Of a stretch of DNA of 64,000 bases, positions 26,349 through 36,587 are shown one piece after another (position 1 is the stretch's first letter; every line of letters starts with the position of its first letter). The stretch lies in IMG/VR virus record IMGVR_UViG_3300028888_000132. One strand, 5' to 3'. The notes under the pieces were generated by a model, which searched no databases, was not told the origin of the DNA, and saw nothing but the letters and a program-made list of their open reading frames with translations. The translations under genes were made by a program, and so were the position numbers. The DNA comes from an uncultured virus (IMG/VR IMGVR_UViG_3300028888_000132) (Duplodnaviria; Heunggongvirae; Uroviricota; Caudoviricetes).

Positions 26349-28379
26349 ATGTACAAAGACAGTATTCAAGCGGTAGCTGATGAGTTATGGGATTACATTC
26401 ACACGTCGTGTCAGTCTGCGTTGTTGTCTATATCGAAGGCTAAGTGGGCTTCACGTCGTTATGGTATGATGAAGCGTTTGATGTACAATTCGATTATGAA
26501 TAGTTCTTTGGGTATGCTGAATGGTCAGATACATTATTTTAGGGGTGACATATATGTTCCTTTAGACGAGAATGACTTTTACAGTTCGATATATCAGATT
26601 GCTGCTTTTCGTGCGAATTTGCCTTATGAAGATTCCGTTTACGACGAGAAGTTGAAGAATCACTGTCGTATGGTAGTGATGTCTAAGAAACTTGTAGTTG
26701 ACAATTCCGTGATAGTATTTAGGAACTGTGTATTAGATGTCAAGACTAAGAAGACGTATAAGTTCAACAAGTGTTTCATACAGATAAACAAGTTAGACTA
26801 CGACTATGAGCCGATGATGCGTACATACAAGTGGAATGATTTCTTGAAGTCCGTGTTGCCCGAAGACAGTAAGCGTGAAGTTCTCCAGATGTTTTTAGGG
26901 GCTGTATTTGTCAACCGTTATGAAGTTAAGATAGAGACGATGCTGATATTGTTAGGCAGTGGTGCTAACGGCAAGAGTGTGATACAGGAGACGGTTCGTG
27001 GCGTGTTGGGTGATGATAATGTGAGCAAGTCTGGTTTGAAGGAGTTGTGTCATGGCGGTGCAGTAGGCGACCAAACGGTAGCTTTAATCAACGGCAAGCG
27101 TCTGAATTACTGTTCTGAGATACAAGGGGGTGAGTTTGAGTCCAACACTGACAAGTTGAAGGCGATGATTTCTGGTGAACCCGTCTATGGTCGCAAGCTC
27201 TACCAAGACCGTTGTGAGGCTCGTAACATTCCTCTTATAATGGCTAATGCGAACACTATGCCTTCCATTTCCGATAGGTCTTACGGCATGATGCGTAGGA
27301 TATGTGTAATTCCTTTTGAAGTTACCGTTCCCCTTGAGCGTCGCAATCCTCATTTGGCGGATGAGTTGAGGGATGAATATCCAGGTATTATGAATTGGAT
27401 TCTCCAAGGTCGTGATATGTTGGCTGAACGTGGGTATAAACTTCCTTACTATGCGAGTACGTCCGACATCATCAAGGATGGTGAGATGTCTTATTCTGCC
27501 CCATTAGCCTTCATGCGTCACAATGGGTGGATGGCGGGCGTTAAGAATGTCACGTTGGAGTCGATGCTGTTTATGAAGGCTTCTATCTTGTATGGGAAGT
27601 ACAAGGCTTGGTGTGAGTTGAACACGAAGGAATGTGTTTCTAAGATACGTTTTGCCAAAGACTTGACGGCTGCGGGTTATGAGTCGAGGCGTAGAGGCGG
27701 CTGTAACGGCTACATGATATACAGCAAGGGTTATATAGAGACGTTGAAGAGGAATCGTTACAGCAAAGAGACGTTGGAGAAGAACGCCAAGGTAGCCAAT
27801 CCGAAGGCTGACGTTATGACCGTTGACGGTGAAGTGTGGGCGACGTCCATGAAGGCACTTGCAGCCATTAGCGGTGTAGGTTATTCCGTTATCCAAGGTC
27901 TCAATCTAAGGGGAAAGTTCAAGGACAACGGCTGTGTGATGGCACATAGAGAGAAACGCATCTACAACTTGAAGAAGTGCATTGACGTCATGCGTGAAGA
28001 GAAAGTCGTCGTGACCGACGAAGAGAAGATGAAGATAAGATTCCATCAGAGGGAGTTGAAGTATGAGCGTTACGTATTCAACCAAGCTATGATTTACCAC
28101 AAGCTGCCTTATAGGAAGTATGCCAATGGTGAGCCTCAGATTACGGGTGTGACGGTAGTTGACGAGACAATGACCGAATGGGAGGCGTTCGAGTTGGCTC
28201 ATAAGGAGTTGGGTTTTGACTTGTCTAAAGTTAGGAAGGACTCGCAGAGCGGTGCTGGCGGACGTGGCGGCAAGGGTTTCACGAAGGATTTGCTTGAAAG
28301 TAAAGAAGAACAATCAAAAATAGAAGACAATGGAAGAGAAACAGGCGAAAAAGAGACAAGTGGGGAACTATCTGCTTGA
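26349..28379 (+). CDS. D5/P4-family SF3 helicase (primase C-terminal domain type)
   Basis: FRNCVLD, Walker A GSGANGKS, LNYCSE, MANAN, GMMRRICVIPF; no obvious N-terminal primase domain; promoter TATATTTG 26208. Confidence 0.85.
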   Translation: MYKDSIQAVADELWDYIHTSCQSALLSISKAKWASRRYGMMKRLMYNSIMNSSLGMLNGQIHYFRGDIYVPLDENDFYSSIYQIAAFRANLPYEDSVYDEKLKNHCRMVVMSKKLVVDNSVIVFRNCVLDVKTKKTYKFNKCFIQINKLDYDYEPMMRTYKWNDFLKSVLPEDSKREVLQMFLGAVFVNRYEVKIETMLILLGSGANGKSVIQETVRGVLGDDNVSKSGLKELCHGGAVGDQTVALINGKRLNYCSEIQGGEFESNTDKLKAMISGEPVYGRKLYQDRCEARNIPLIMANANTMPSISDRSYGMMRRICVIPFEVTVPLERRNPHLADELRDEYPGIMNWILQGRDMLAERGYKLPYYASTSDIIKDGEMSYSAPLAFMRHNGWMAGVKNVTLESMLFMKASILYGKYKAWCELNTKECVSKIRFAKDLTAAGYESRRRGGCNGYMIYSKGYIETLKRNRYSKETLEKNAKVANPKADVMTVDGEVWATSMKALAAISGVGYSVIQGLNLRGKFKDNGCVMAHREKRIYNLKKCIDVMREEKVVVTDEEKMKIRFHQRELKYERYVFNQAMIYHKLPYRKYANGEPQITGVTVVDETMTEWEAFELAHKELGFDLSKVRKDSQSGAGGRGGKGFTKDLLESKEEQSKIEDNGRETGEKETSGELSA

Positions 28380-28770
28380 AGTTTTAGAAGACGGCGACTT
28401 CGACTTTATCGAGTGCCGCAGTGTTATAGGCGATTGGTCTGTGAGGTGGCGTGGTGACAATATCATGTTTACTCTGATGTATTCGCTCATGCAGAACAAA
28501 GACGCAGAAGAATACCTACGTGCGCTCTTTACGATGATGTATGTTGCCACGAGTTACACGCATGACTTAGTAGCAATCGTCGAGAAGCAAGATTTGCCGC
28601 TAATCAACGGTTTCTGCGCTCTCGTAAACGAACAGAGCGATTTCGAGGCGTCTGTTGCTAAAAAGGCTACTGTAGAAGAAGACGAAGAGGCGTTGAACAA
28701 TGCCGTTGTCATGGAAGAGTTGAAAGAAGAGATTTTAAGTAAGAGAGAGGGAGGAAGCAAGGATGAGTGA
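28330..28770 (+). CDS. Hypothetical protein
   Basis: 146 aa, operon. Confidence 0.7.
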   Translation: MEEKQAKKRQVGNYLLEVLEDGDFDFIECRSVIGDWSVRWRGDNIMFTLMYSLMQNKDAEEYLRALFTMMYVATSYTHDLVAIVEKQDLPLINGFCALVNEQSDFEASVAKKATVEEDEEALNNAVVMEELKEEILSKREGGSKDE

Positions 28771-29545
28771 ACGTTCTTATACGGAAAGCGAGTACGAAGA
28801 GGCTGTCGAATATATAAGGAAGAGATTGGAGAATGAGACATCGGCGAAAAATGACGTCATTACGCTTCTTCTCGCCTACGCAGAGGCACTTTTACTTCTC
28901 TTCTATAGGGAATCACCATCCGAAGATATTAACGCTCTTGTAGAGGAATTGGCAGACCAACTCATCGACGATGCTTATATACTTGGTGTTGACGAACACG
29001 ACGACAAGCGTGCTGAGATAATGTTGTGGATGAACTCGGAGCGTGGCGGTGACACTATGGAGGGTAGGATTAGAAGCCGTGTAGGTACATTTCTTACAGA
29101 ATTGGGTGCATTGTATTACGCAGCAAACCTTCTTGGTCTTAGTATGAATGTAGTGATTGATTCCATAGGAGACAACTTGAAGAATCCTTGGGACAATCCC
29201 ATAATCAAGGAAGCGAAGGAGAAGATAGATAGCGGTGAATTGGTGGGTGACAAGGAACAGCTTGAAGAGTCTCATTTCGGTAAGGGTGTTGAAATATCGT
29301 CTATGGGTGCTTTGCAGAAGATAATGTCTTACCACGTTGCCGACGCATTTATGTGGTATGGTTATCAAGAGGCAGTTGAAAACGGCGCAATAGGCTATTT
29401 TGTCATAAGGGGCAGCAGTTATCCGTGTGACACGTGTCAGAGCGAGGCTGATGCAGGCTTCCATCCGATAGAGGACAACCATCATATTGCTCCGCTTCAC
29501 ATGAACTGCGTATGCAGCATAGTATATGTCTATGAAAACAGATAG
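28763..29545 (+). CDS. Minor head/morphogenesis protein (MuF/SPP1 gp7-like)
   Basis: C-terminal CDTC...PLHMNCVC. Confidence 0.7.
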   Translation: MSERSYTESEYEEAVEYIRKRLENETSAKNDVITLLLAYAEALLLLFYRESPSEDINALVEELADQLIDDAYILGVDEHDDKRAEIMLWMNSERGGDTMEGRIRSRVGTFLTELGALYYAANLLGLSMNVVIDSIGDNLKNPWDNPIIKEAKEKIDSGELVGDKEQLEESHFGKGVEISSMGALQKIMSYHVADAFMWYGYQEAVENGAIGYFVIRGSSYPCDTCQSEADAGFHPIEDNHHIAPLHMNCVCSIVYVYENR

Positions 29546-29554
29546 GAGGTTTAA

Positions 29555-30025
29555 ATGACACAAGAAGAATTGAGTTTCACTTTGCGTGACATGGGTCGTT
29601 CGATGGGAATGTGCGACAAGTTCTACAACAAATGGGTTGACGGCATCAGTTTGGATGCCATGTTGGATATGTATGCAAAGGGGTTTGACTTCTGTTGTCA
29701 GAAGGACTTTCCGCCTCTCGACTTCATACGCCGTAACTTTGATAGGGAAGACTTACACCGTCACAACATATTTATTGATGAGGAAGTACATTTAAAGGGC
29801 GGCAACGGCTCTTATTTCTTCCTCGGAAAGTGCAGTGGTGACGTAGAGTTCGGAGATTTCTGCATATCAGACGTATATCTTAGGCATACGTCGAGCCTTG
29901 TCGTACACTCTTCGAGTTTTGCAAGGGTATTCATCACATTATATGAGGATTCGGACTGCCGTGCCATAGCGGAAGACAAGTTCAATCTACATATCTATGA
30001 TAGAAGAAAGAAGGAGGGCGTTTGA
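29555..30025 (+). CDS. Hypothetical protein
   Basis: 156 aa, operon. Confidence 0.7.
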   Translation: MTQEELSFTLRDMGRSMGMCDKFYNKWVDGISLDAMLDMYAKGFDFCCQKDFPPLDFIRRNFDREDLHRHNIFIDEEVHLKGGNGSYFFLGKCSGDVEFGDFCISDVYLRHTSSLVVHSSSFARVFITLYEDSDCRAIAEDKFNLHIYDRRKKEGV

Positions 30026-30033
30026 CCCTCCTT
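30011..30033. terminator. Hairpin between convergent genes
   Basis: AGGAGGG-CGTTTGA-CCCTCCT. Confidence 0.55.
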
Positions 30034-30039
30034 TCTCAC

Positions 30040-31566
30040 TTATCTGTTCGTCTGTGGCGTAACAGTCATTCTTGACCTCAACTGATATAGTCTGTCGGCT
30101 TCCTGCTCCCTCTTCGCTTCCCTCGTTATCCTATCAAACTCATTGTTCGACGCGTAGAAGTTATGCTCGGTAGCAGATTCCGTTGACAGTATGCCAGCGT
30201 TCTTCGCCGATACCAAGTCAGCGATGAGTGACGATGTGTTCTCATGCACATAAGGTATAATCCATCCGAAAATCTTGTCCGACAAGTCCAAGTACCCCGT
30301 CAGTTCCCCTTGTTCCATTCCATATCCTTCACAGAACAGTCTCATAAGGTTGTCTATTGAAGGCTTATAGTCCTTTGCATCAAGTATTGCCTTATCAAGA
30401 GAAGGGGCATAGTACAGCTTCATAGTACCCGTAGGCGTGTCACCCGACTTCAACTCTGGCTGCTTGACGATGTACGCACCCGAAAAAATCTCGTTCAACA
30501 GATACTCTATGTACTTCGTGTAGTTCTCAGACAGTCCGTTAGGCTGAATCAGAGACACATCATCATCCTTTCCCATAGTGAAAGCCCTAACCCTTCCCAA
30601 TGGGTCGCCTTGAATCTCCACGTTGTCGCCCTTCATCTTATATGACGGCAATGCTGCTGCGGCGTTGTTCTTAGCGAAGTATGACAAAGCCACTTCGTAG
30701 TCGTCAATTAGGCACTGAACCATATTCCAACAAGGGGCGTTGTCCTTATTTCTGATGTAGTCTATGGGGCATCGGCTGAAACCGTGTTCCTTCTCATAAA
30801 CCTTTTCGTAGCCTTCCAATCCAAGGTAATCCTTGACGTTGCTGACAACGTTTTTCAAGCCTTTCTTTGATTGTCTGTAGCGTCTCATATACTTGTCGTC
30901 CCATACCTCTACCCATGAGATTACCTCTTCGCCGCTTTCGTCGTACGAAGAGAATTTCCTTGCAAACAGATTCATCTCCCCCGTCAGAGGGTCGTAATGA
31001 GGATATAGCGTATCTCCGTTAAGGTATGACAGATGCTTCCATCCGAACTTGCCTTTATCCATGAAGCATACAATCGCACTATCGGCAGTAATTTTCTCGG
31101 ATTTTATATGGTTGTATATTGCACCCTCCATGTTTTTTTGAAGCCACCCCTTCTGATAGCGTCTGAATCGTTCGTCGTCACTGCTGTTTACGTTTGGGTT
31201 CGTCAGTTCCCAATGTACGTCGTTGCCCGTCACGTGTACCAACTGCTGTGCAGTTATTAGGCTCTGTATCGTTGAACCTATACGGAACGTTTCTTCACGG
31301 TAAAATTTCTGCGTCTTCTCGCCCTTTTCGTTCACCTCTTCTGTGTAGTTGTAGAACTCGGGGAAGTAGAAGTCTGACATTACCCTATGGGAGAAAGGAT
31401 AAAATTCCTCCAAGTAGTCTGCTTGTGACATGACTTGTCCTACGAGCTTCCGTTCTGCGTACTTCATTTTGTCAACCTCTGTCGGCTTGTTGTACGTCTG
31501 CGACTCTTTGCCCCCATTAGTTAGTCTGTAGAAAGGGGGCTTAGTTAATAAATCTTTTATTGCCAT
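30040..31566 (-). CDS. Portal protein (SPP1 gp6-like)
   Basis: 508 aa directly after TerL; HGFSRCP, LIDDYE, SGDTPTGTMKLYY, GILSTESA. Confidence 0.8.
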   Translation of the reverse strand: MAIKDLLTKPPFYRLTNGGKESQTYNKPTEVDKMKYAERKLVGQVMSQADYLEEFYPFSHRVMSDFYFPEFYNYTEEVNEKGEKTQKFYREETFRIGSTIQSLITAQQLVHVTGNDVHWELTNPNVNSSDDERFRRYQKGWLQKNMEGAIYNHIKSEKITADSAIVCFMDKGKFGWKHLSYLNGDTLYPHYDPLTGEMNLFARKFSSYDESGEEVISWVEVWDDKYMRRYRQSKKGLKNVVSNVKDYLGLEGYEKVYEKEHGFSRCPIDYIRNKDNAPCWNMVQCLIDDYEVALSYFAKNNAAAALPSYKMKGDNVEIQGDPLGRVRAFTMGKDDDVSLIQPNGLSENYTKYIEYLLNEIFSGAYIVKQPELKSGDTPTGTMKLYYAPSLDKAILDAKDYKPSIDNLMRLFCEGYGMEQGELTGYLDLSDKIFGWIIPYVHENTSSLIADLVSAKNAGILSTESATEHNFYASNNEFDRITREAKREQEADRLYQLRSRMTVTPQTNR

Positions 31567-31609
31567 ATTTTATCTTGGTTTAGGGAGTGACAGAACCAGC
31601 AGGTTTTTC

Positions 31610-33319
31610 CTACCACCTCCTTCCTCCATAGTTATACACATTCGTTGCCTTGTATCGCATCTGCGAAGTCACGCCTGTAAGTAATCCTAAATTCTTCGGC
31701 TTATGATGCACGTGCTTTATGTTGAATATCTCACGCATCTTCATAGTGTCAAGGAAGTCGGGCGAACGACCAATAAGCCGCTTCATTCCTACGGACTTGT
31801 CAATGAGTCTGCTTGGGTCGTCGTCACGGAAACGGATGCAGCGTCTTTCTTGGTACATGATTTCCTTGAATGTTGTGTTCTTGTAGTTCTTTCCCGTATA
31901 TCTTCTCGTCAGAAGCTCGCTGTTTATACTGTATGTTCCGTCTTTTATGTGGTCTGCGAACATATATGCCGCTTGTGCGTTAATGTTGTAGTACATTCCC
32001 TTGTATTTGGGGTCAACAGCCTCCTTTGCATTGAAAGGCATAGCCTTTGGGAAATAGCCTTTGAATATATGACCTATTCCCAATAGGTCGTAAGTGAAGT
32101 CCTCCTGTCTGACGCCCCATCTGTCTAATAGTGCTGTGGCTATCTCGACGGTCTGCTTTGCATCCTTCTTGCAAGTATATATGTCCTCGATGTGGTTTCC
32201 TATCCATAGCATGAACACGCATTGGTCGCCACCTTCAAAAGCTACGTCACAAGTGATGTATCTGTGTTTGTCTTCCGTTTGGATAGGGTTTTCGTAGAAC
32301 TTATCCATATCAGACATCTTTATGATGTCGTCACCTACTGACTTGAACTTCCAATTTCCATCCAAATCCCTTGAACGTTGCTCTTCTGATTGGTTGACAA
32401 GGTTAGCTAAGTAAGAAGGGTCTGACGACATGAGGATAACGTTGTCTTCAAGACGAGCTTCCGTGAAGCATACCGATTTCACCATAAGGTCTATTGGAGA
32501 GCCGTATCGTTCGAACTGAGGCTTCCAATGCTGCATTATTATATGCTTGCACTTCTCGAACACCTCTTCCTTAGTGTCACCCCAAACGACGTCTTCCACA
32601 TAGTCGGATGGCATGAAACAGTAGCGTATTATGCTATCACGCTCACGGATGGGGAATCCATCTTCACCTATCCACCAATCTATGAATTTCGCCACCCATG
32701 AATCGGGGTCAGGGTTACAAGTCCCAAAGACATGGTTTCTGTAGTGGAAGGCGTTACGGTTTGCCGTCACGAGGTACTTGAACTTATTGTATGACATCTG
32801 CGTTATCTCGTCAATGCCGATATAGGAGTACTGCTTTCCTTGGAATCTGTCGTGGAAACTTTGGTAGTCGTCATTGTGGTATGAGAATTTAAGCCACCCT
32901 CCACGAAAGAAGTTCCATGTCATGTCGTTCTTTGAGCGGTTGTATGTTCCGTAATCCTCGAAAAGCTGTGAAGACGTGTCAGCAATGTCAGAAAGGTCGT
33001 CCAACTCCTTTCGTAGTATGATTGCACGGAAATTTGGGTCAGTGATATTGTACAGCGCACTCATCAGAAGCGAGAATGTCTTAGAGCCACCTCTACTACC
33101 ACCTCCGATTGTAATGTCTGCGTCCGACATGAGCATATTGTTCTGACCGCCCGCTTGCGCTATTATCAATTTTGGATTTGGTTTCTTTTCGAGTTCTTCA
33201 CGCATATACTGAACGTCACTCTCGTCAACGAGGGTGAAGCCGTCGTTTCTGAAAGCGTCCAAGACCAAACTCGGATTCTGCCTCAGATAATCGAAGTCTA
33301 TGCTGTTGAAATCAACCAT
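31610..33319 (-). CDS. terL: Terminase large subunit
   Basis: GGSRGGSKT Walker A, YIGIDE Walker B, TCNP, nuclease CDVA and SPD motifs. Confidence 0.9.
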   Translation of the reverse strand: MVDFNSIDFDYLRQNPSLVLDAFRNDGFTLVDESDVQYMREELEKKPNPKLIIAQAGGQNNMLMSDADITIGGGSRGGSKTFSLLMSALYNITDPNFRAIILRKELDDLSDIADTSSQLFEDYGTYNRSKNDMTWNFFRGGWLKFSYHNDDYQSFHDRFQGKQYSYIGIDEITQMSYNKFKYLVTANRNAFHYRNHVFGTCNPDPDSWVAKFIDWWIGEDGFPIRERDSIIRYCFMPSDYVEDVVWGDTKEEVFEKCKHIIMQHWKPQFERYGSPIDLMVKSVCFTEARLEDNVILMSSDPSYLANLVNQSEEQRSRDLDGNWKFKSVGDDIIKMSDMDKFYENPIQTEDKHRYITCDVAFEGGDQCVFMLWIGNHIEDIYTCKKDAKQTVEIATALLDRWGVRQEDFTYDLLGIGHIFKGYFPKAMPFNAKEAVDPKYKGMYYNINAQAAYMFADHIKDGTYSINSELLTRRYTGKNYKNTTFKEIMYQERRCIRFRDDDPSRLIDKSVGMKRLIGRSPDFLDTMKMREIFNIKHVHHKPKNLGLLTGVTSQMRYKATNVYNYGGRRW

Positions 33320-33358
33320 TCCTATGCGTCAATATCTTTAAAATAACCTATTCAAACG

Positions 33359-33449
33359 CAAAATTATGAAAAATCATCTATTTTCACATATTTATGTGAT
33401 ATTTTTTCACATATTTTCTTTGAATTACCAAAAAAGCATATTAATTTTG
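33359..33449. promoter_or_regulatory. Divergent promoters for terL-portal and the head operon, with operator-like repeat
   Basis: Minus TAATTTTG near 33366-33359; plus TTTG 33419 and TAATTTTG 33442; palindrome TCACATA-TT-TATGTGA 33384-33399. Confidence 0.55.
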
Positions 33450-33454
33450 CCGTT

Positions 33455-33637
33455 GTGATGGTTTTAATTGAAACAAAAATAGACGAAGACCAAAATGCGT
33501 CTATGGTAAATCTTACAAGATGCCCAAGATGCAGACAAGTACTTGCAGACATAAGGAAGATTAATGGATATGGCACTGTGAGGGTGAAATGCAGAAGATG
33601 CGGCACATATTCCAACATAGAAATAGTAGGTACTTAG
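33455..33637 (+). CDS. Com-like zinc-ribbon regulator
   Basis: RCPRCRQVL..VKCRRCG matches the Mu Com pattern. Confidence 0.6.
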   Translation: MMVLIETKIDEDQNASMVNLTRCPRCRQVLADIRKINGYGTVRVKCRRCGTYSNIEIVGT

Positions 33638-33651
33638 GATAGTTTATATAT

Positions 33652-33696
33652 AAAGCCAATGAGCTGTTGCGTTGATAAAACGTGGCAGCTCTTTTT
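33652..33696 (+). promoter_or_regulatory. GCC..GAGC attenuator hairpin 1
   Basis: AAAGCCAAT-GAGCTGTTGCGTT..AACGTGGCAGCTC-TTTTT. Confidence 0.6.
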
Positions 33697-33731
33697 GTTT
33701 CGGTTGCAATATGACACAAAAAAGATAAATT

Positions 33732-34403
33732 ATGGAAATCGAAAAAATCGTTTCTACGGTGCAGGAGAAAGTCGGAAACACCGATTTTTCAGCACAGACA
33801 ATCCAAAAGTATGTGGAGTTGAATCCTATTGCCGAAGGTTCAGAGCCTGACGAGGCTTATTTCACCAAGGCTGTCGAATTTTTTAAGGGAATGCAAGGGC
33901 AATTCAACCACGACTTTTCTACAAAGTTCACGGAAGCAAAGAAAAACTTGCTTACCGAGGACACATTCAAGGATATGTCGGCAGAGCAGATTGCCGAAGT
34001 CAAGAGACTCATCGAAGGGTTGAAGACCAAACCTACGCAAGAGAGCGATGAAGTCAAAGAACTCAAAGCAGAGATTGCAAGGCTTACAGAAAGGCTTGAC
34101 AACGGTGACGTAGCAAAACAGAAAGCAGACATCTTGCAAAAGTTGAAGGCTTCAATGAAGGAGCAGAAGGCTTCTGACGAGTATGTTCTTGAAAAGACTC
34201 TTGACGGAGCGGATATTGACGTGAAAAAATCAGTCGAAGAGCTTACTAAGGAGTATTTGGCAAAGTACGATGCTGAGTATTTGAAATGCCGAGGGAACGG
34301 CGCACCACCGAGACTTTCGGGAGGCGGCTTAGGCTCTGGCGAATCCGAACTTGACAAACGATTCCACAAAAAGGCTGTCAAGGAAGGATGGGCAAAGAAA
34401 TGA
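33732..34403 (+). CDS. Capsid scaffolding protein (putative)
   Basis: Charged coiled-coil protein upstream of the capsid genes. Confidence 0.65.
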   Translation: MEIEKIVSTVQEKVGNTDFSAQTIQKYVELNPIAEGSEPDEAYFTKAVEFFKGMQGQFNHDFSTKFTEAKKNLLTEDTFKDMSAEQIAEVKRLIEGLKTKPTQESDEVKELKAEIARLTERLDNGDVAKQKADILQKLKASMKEQKASDEYVLEKTLDGADIDVKKSVEELTKEYLAKYDAEYLKCRGNGAPPRLSGGGLGSGESELDKRFHKKAVKEGWAKK

Positions 34404-34451
34404 TAAGGGCTTTGTGGTTTAACAAGTTGTTTAATGTAAAACAAACGAAAG

Positions 34452-34943
34452 ATGAAGAATCAAGTTTTTCAGACAGGTAACACATTTGACTCTCAGTCAT
34501 TTGCGGCAGGTCATGCTCGCAAGGTATGGCGCAGAATCGAAGAACAGTTGCCTGGAGGTTATCATGTGACAAACATGAGTGATTTCGCTTCTGACGGTCT
34601 CATTCAGGCTGGTATGGCTGTCGTAAAGGACACCACATCTGGTGCTGATGTCCGTGACGTAAAGGTGCTCACTTGGGCGCAGGTCAAGGCTGCTTTGTCA
34701 GGGGAAACGCCTGCTGGTATCGACTCTCTCAACATCGTCGGCTTCACGCAGGAAGATGTTCCAGTAATCGTACATGGTACAGGTGGTTCTGCTACCTATA
34801 ACTATGGCACTTGCAACATCATCGTAAAGGGTGAGATTTACGGCTACATGATGGGTGCAAACGCTGCTGACGCTGCAACTATCTCTGCGGCAGTCGCAGG
34901 TATGACTCAAAAGAATGGCATGGCAATCCGTGTGATTGACTAA
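34452..34943 (+). CDS. Head decoration protein (putative)
   Basis: Position between scaffold and major capsid; small and beta-rich. Confidence 0.55.
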   Translation: MKNQVFQTGNTFDSQSFAAGHARKVWRRIEEQLPGGYHVTNMSDFASDGLIQAGMAVVKDTTSGADVRDVKVLTWAQVKAALSGETPAGIDSLNIVGFTQEDVPVIVHGTGGSATYNYGTCNIIVKGEIYGYMMGANAADAATISAAVAGMTQKNGMAIRVID

Positions 34944-34980
34944 GCATTATTGTGTTTAACGAAAAAGAAAGGAACAGAAT

Positions 34981-36174
34981 ATGAGAACTATTCCAGTTAC
35001 TTTGCGCGACATGATTTCGTTGGGTATGTACGGCGAGAATTGGCAGACCTTCGTTGACAAGTACGAAGAGAAGTTCAATGCAGTTACCATTGATGGTTTC
35101 GAGTTCGACCCAATTACTCTCGGCTATACATGGGCGCAGATGCTTTCAAAGGTTGGCGCAACTGTGCTGCCTACCTATGTTGACCCCGAATCAGAGGGTT
35201 TCGAAATGCCTCTCAATCAGGTGGAAGGCACTACGGGTAACATTCCAACACAGAAGTTGTTCTACTCTGTGAACCGTGTTATCCTCCGTGAGAAGATGCA
35301 GCTTGCTCAGAAGTACGGCAATGCCGTTATGGATGATGAGATGCGTGATGTAATGTTCGGTTTGTTGGACGAAGGTACAGATGGTCTGATTCAGTCATTT
35401 TGGAACGCACTGAACCATCAGCGTCACCAAATCGTTTCTACAGGTCAGTTCGTTATCAACGCAACCAATAACCCACGTGGTTATAAGGGCGTTACCATCG
35501 GCTTCAATATGCCAAATGCAAACAAGGACGTACTGACGGGTGCTGCTCGTTGGTGGACTAACGCAGCGCATACAACCGAAGGTACTAATTCAGACCCATT
35601 GGGTTATTTGGCAAATCGTGTAAAGGCTATCCGCCGCACACTGCATTATGCAGGTCCTCTACAGATGGAGATTTCTCGTGACACTTGGGATGATTTCTTG
35701 GGTCACAGCAAGGTTGTAAGCGTTTTGGCTAATTGGGTATATCGCAACATTTCAAGCGACAGCGCACGTGCAGATGTTGCTCGCTTCATGGACGACGACG
35801 TTATGAAGGATGCTGTTCGCCGCATTATCAAGGTTGACGCTATCGCAATCCGAGATACTTACGCATTCGTAAGCAAACCTGGCGTTGACGCTAATGGCCA
35901 GCCTGATTTGGTTGAAGAGAAGATTGACAATTTCGCACCGCAGAACATCGCATTCGTTCCAACTGGCAAGTTGGGCGGCATCCAAGGTGTTCAGCCTTTG
36001 TCAATGGGCTACGACGCAGATAAGGTGGCTTATGCAATGGGCAACCGTCTGTTGATTGAGCAGGAGGACGTTCCACGTACTCACTCTATCAATGTAAATG
36101 GCGAAATGGCACAGATTTGCGTTCCATCAGCCGTGATGCGTATGTATATATCTACAATCGCTCCCGATGCTTAA
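34981..36174 (+). CDS. Major capsid protein
   Basis: 397 aa, position, gpE-like features (QIVSTG, W..SDP). Confidence 0.8.
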   Translation: MRTIPVTLRDMISLGMYGENWQTFVDKYEEKFNAVTIDGFEFDPITLGYTWAQMLSKVGATVLPTYVDPESEGFEMPLNQVEGTTGNIPTQKLFYSVNRVILREKMQLAQKYGNAVMDDEMRDVMFGLLDEGTDGLIQSFWNALNHQRHQIVSTGQFVINATNNPRGYKGVTIGFNMPNANKDVLTGAARWWTNAAHTTEGTNSDPLGYLANRVKAIRRTLHYAGPLQMEISRDTWDDFLGHSKVVSVLANWVYRNISSDSARADVARFMDDDVMKDAVRRIIKVDAIAIRDTYAFVSKPGVDANGQPDLVEEKIDNFAPQNIAFVPTGKLGGIQGVQPLSMGYDADKVAYAMGNRLLIEQEDVPRTHSINVNGEMAQICVPSAVMRMYISTIAPDA

Positions 36175-36223
36175 TCATCAGCGATTAATGATATAAGAAT
36201 GTCTTGTAACTAATTACTGTATT

Positions 36224-36583
36224 ATGGGCGTTACTACAACATATACGATAAATGATTTCCTAAAGGGTATTTCTCCGTTAGTTACGGAGGAAGCCCTTGG
36301 GTATGTGTGCGCTAAGAGAGGCATTGACCCACAGACAACGTTGGATGAACTCGAACCGAGAGACATCGACTTGGCAGAGGGCATGACCTACTATTGGTTG
36401 AGTAACCTACCCGTCGGTGGTTCTACTGAAAAAGTTGCAGATGGAGGATTCTCCCATAGCGAAGGAGGATGGACGGTATCTAAGGCGAACATTGATGAAT
36501 GGATGCGCAAGTATCGTTCACTTTTCGAGAAATGGGATGAAGACCTACTCGACAACAGCAAGATAAGGATTATTAATTTCTGA
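36224..36583 (+). CDS. Head-tail adaptor (putative)
   Basis: Size and position after capsid. Confidence 0.55.
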   Translation: MGVTTTYTINDFLKGISPLVTEEALGYVCAKRGIDPQTTLDELEPRDIDLAEGMTYYWLSNLPVGGSTEKVADGGFSHSEGGWTVSKANIDEWMRKYRSLFEKWDEDLLDNSKIRIINF

Positions 36584-36587
36584 CGAT

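Noticed and set aside
30026..33360. Recombinase-invertible terL-portal segment
   Set aside because: No inverted repeats seen at the two boundaries
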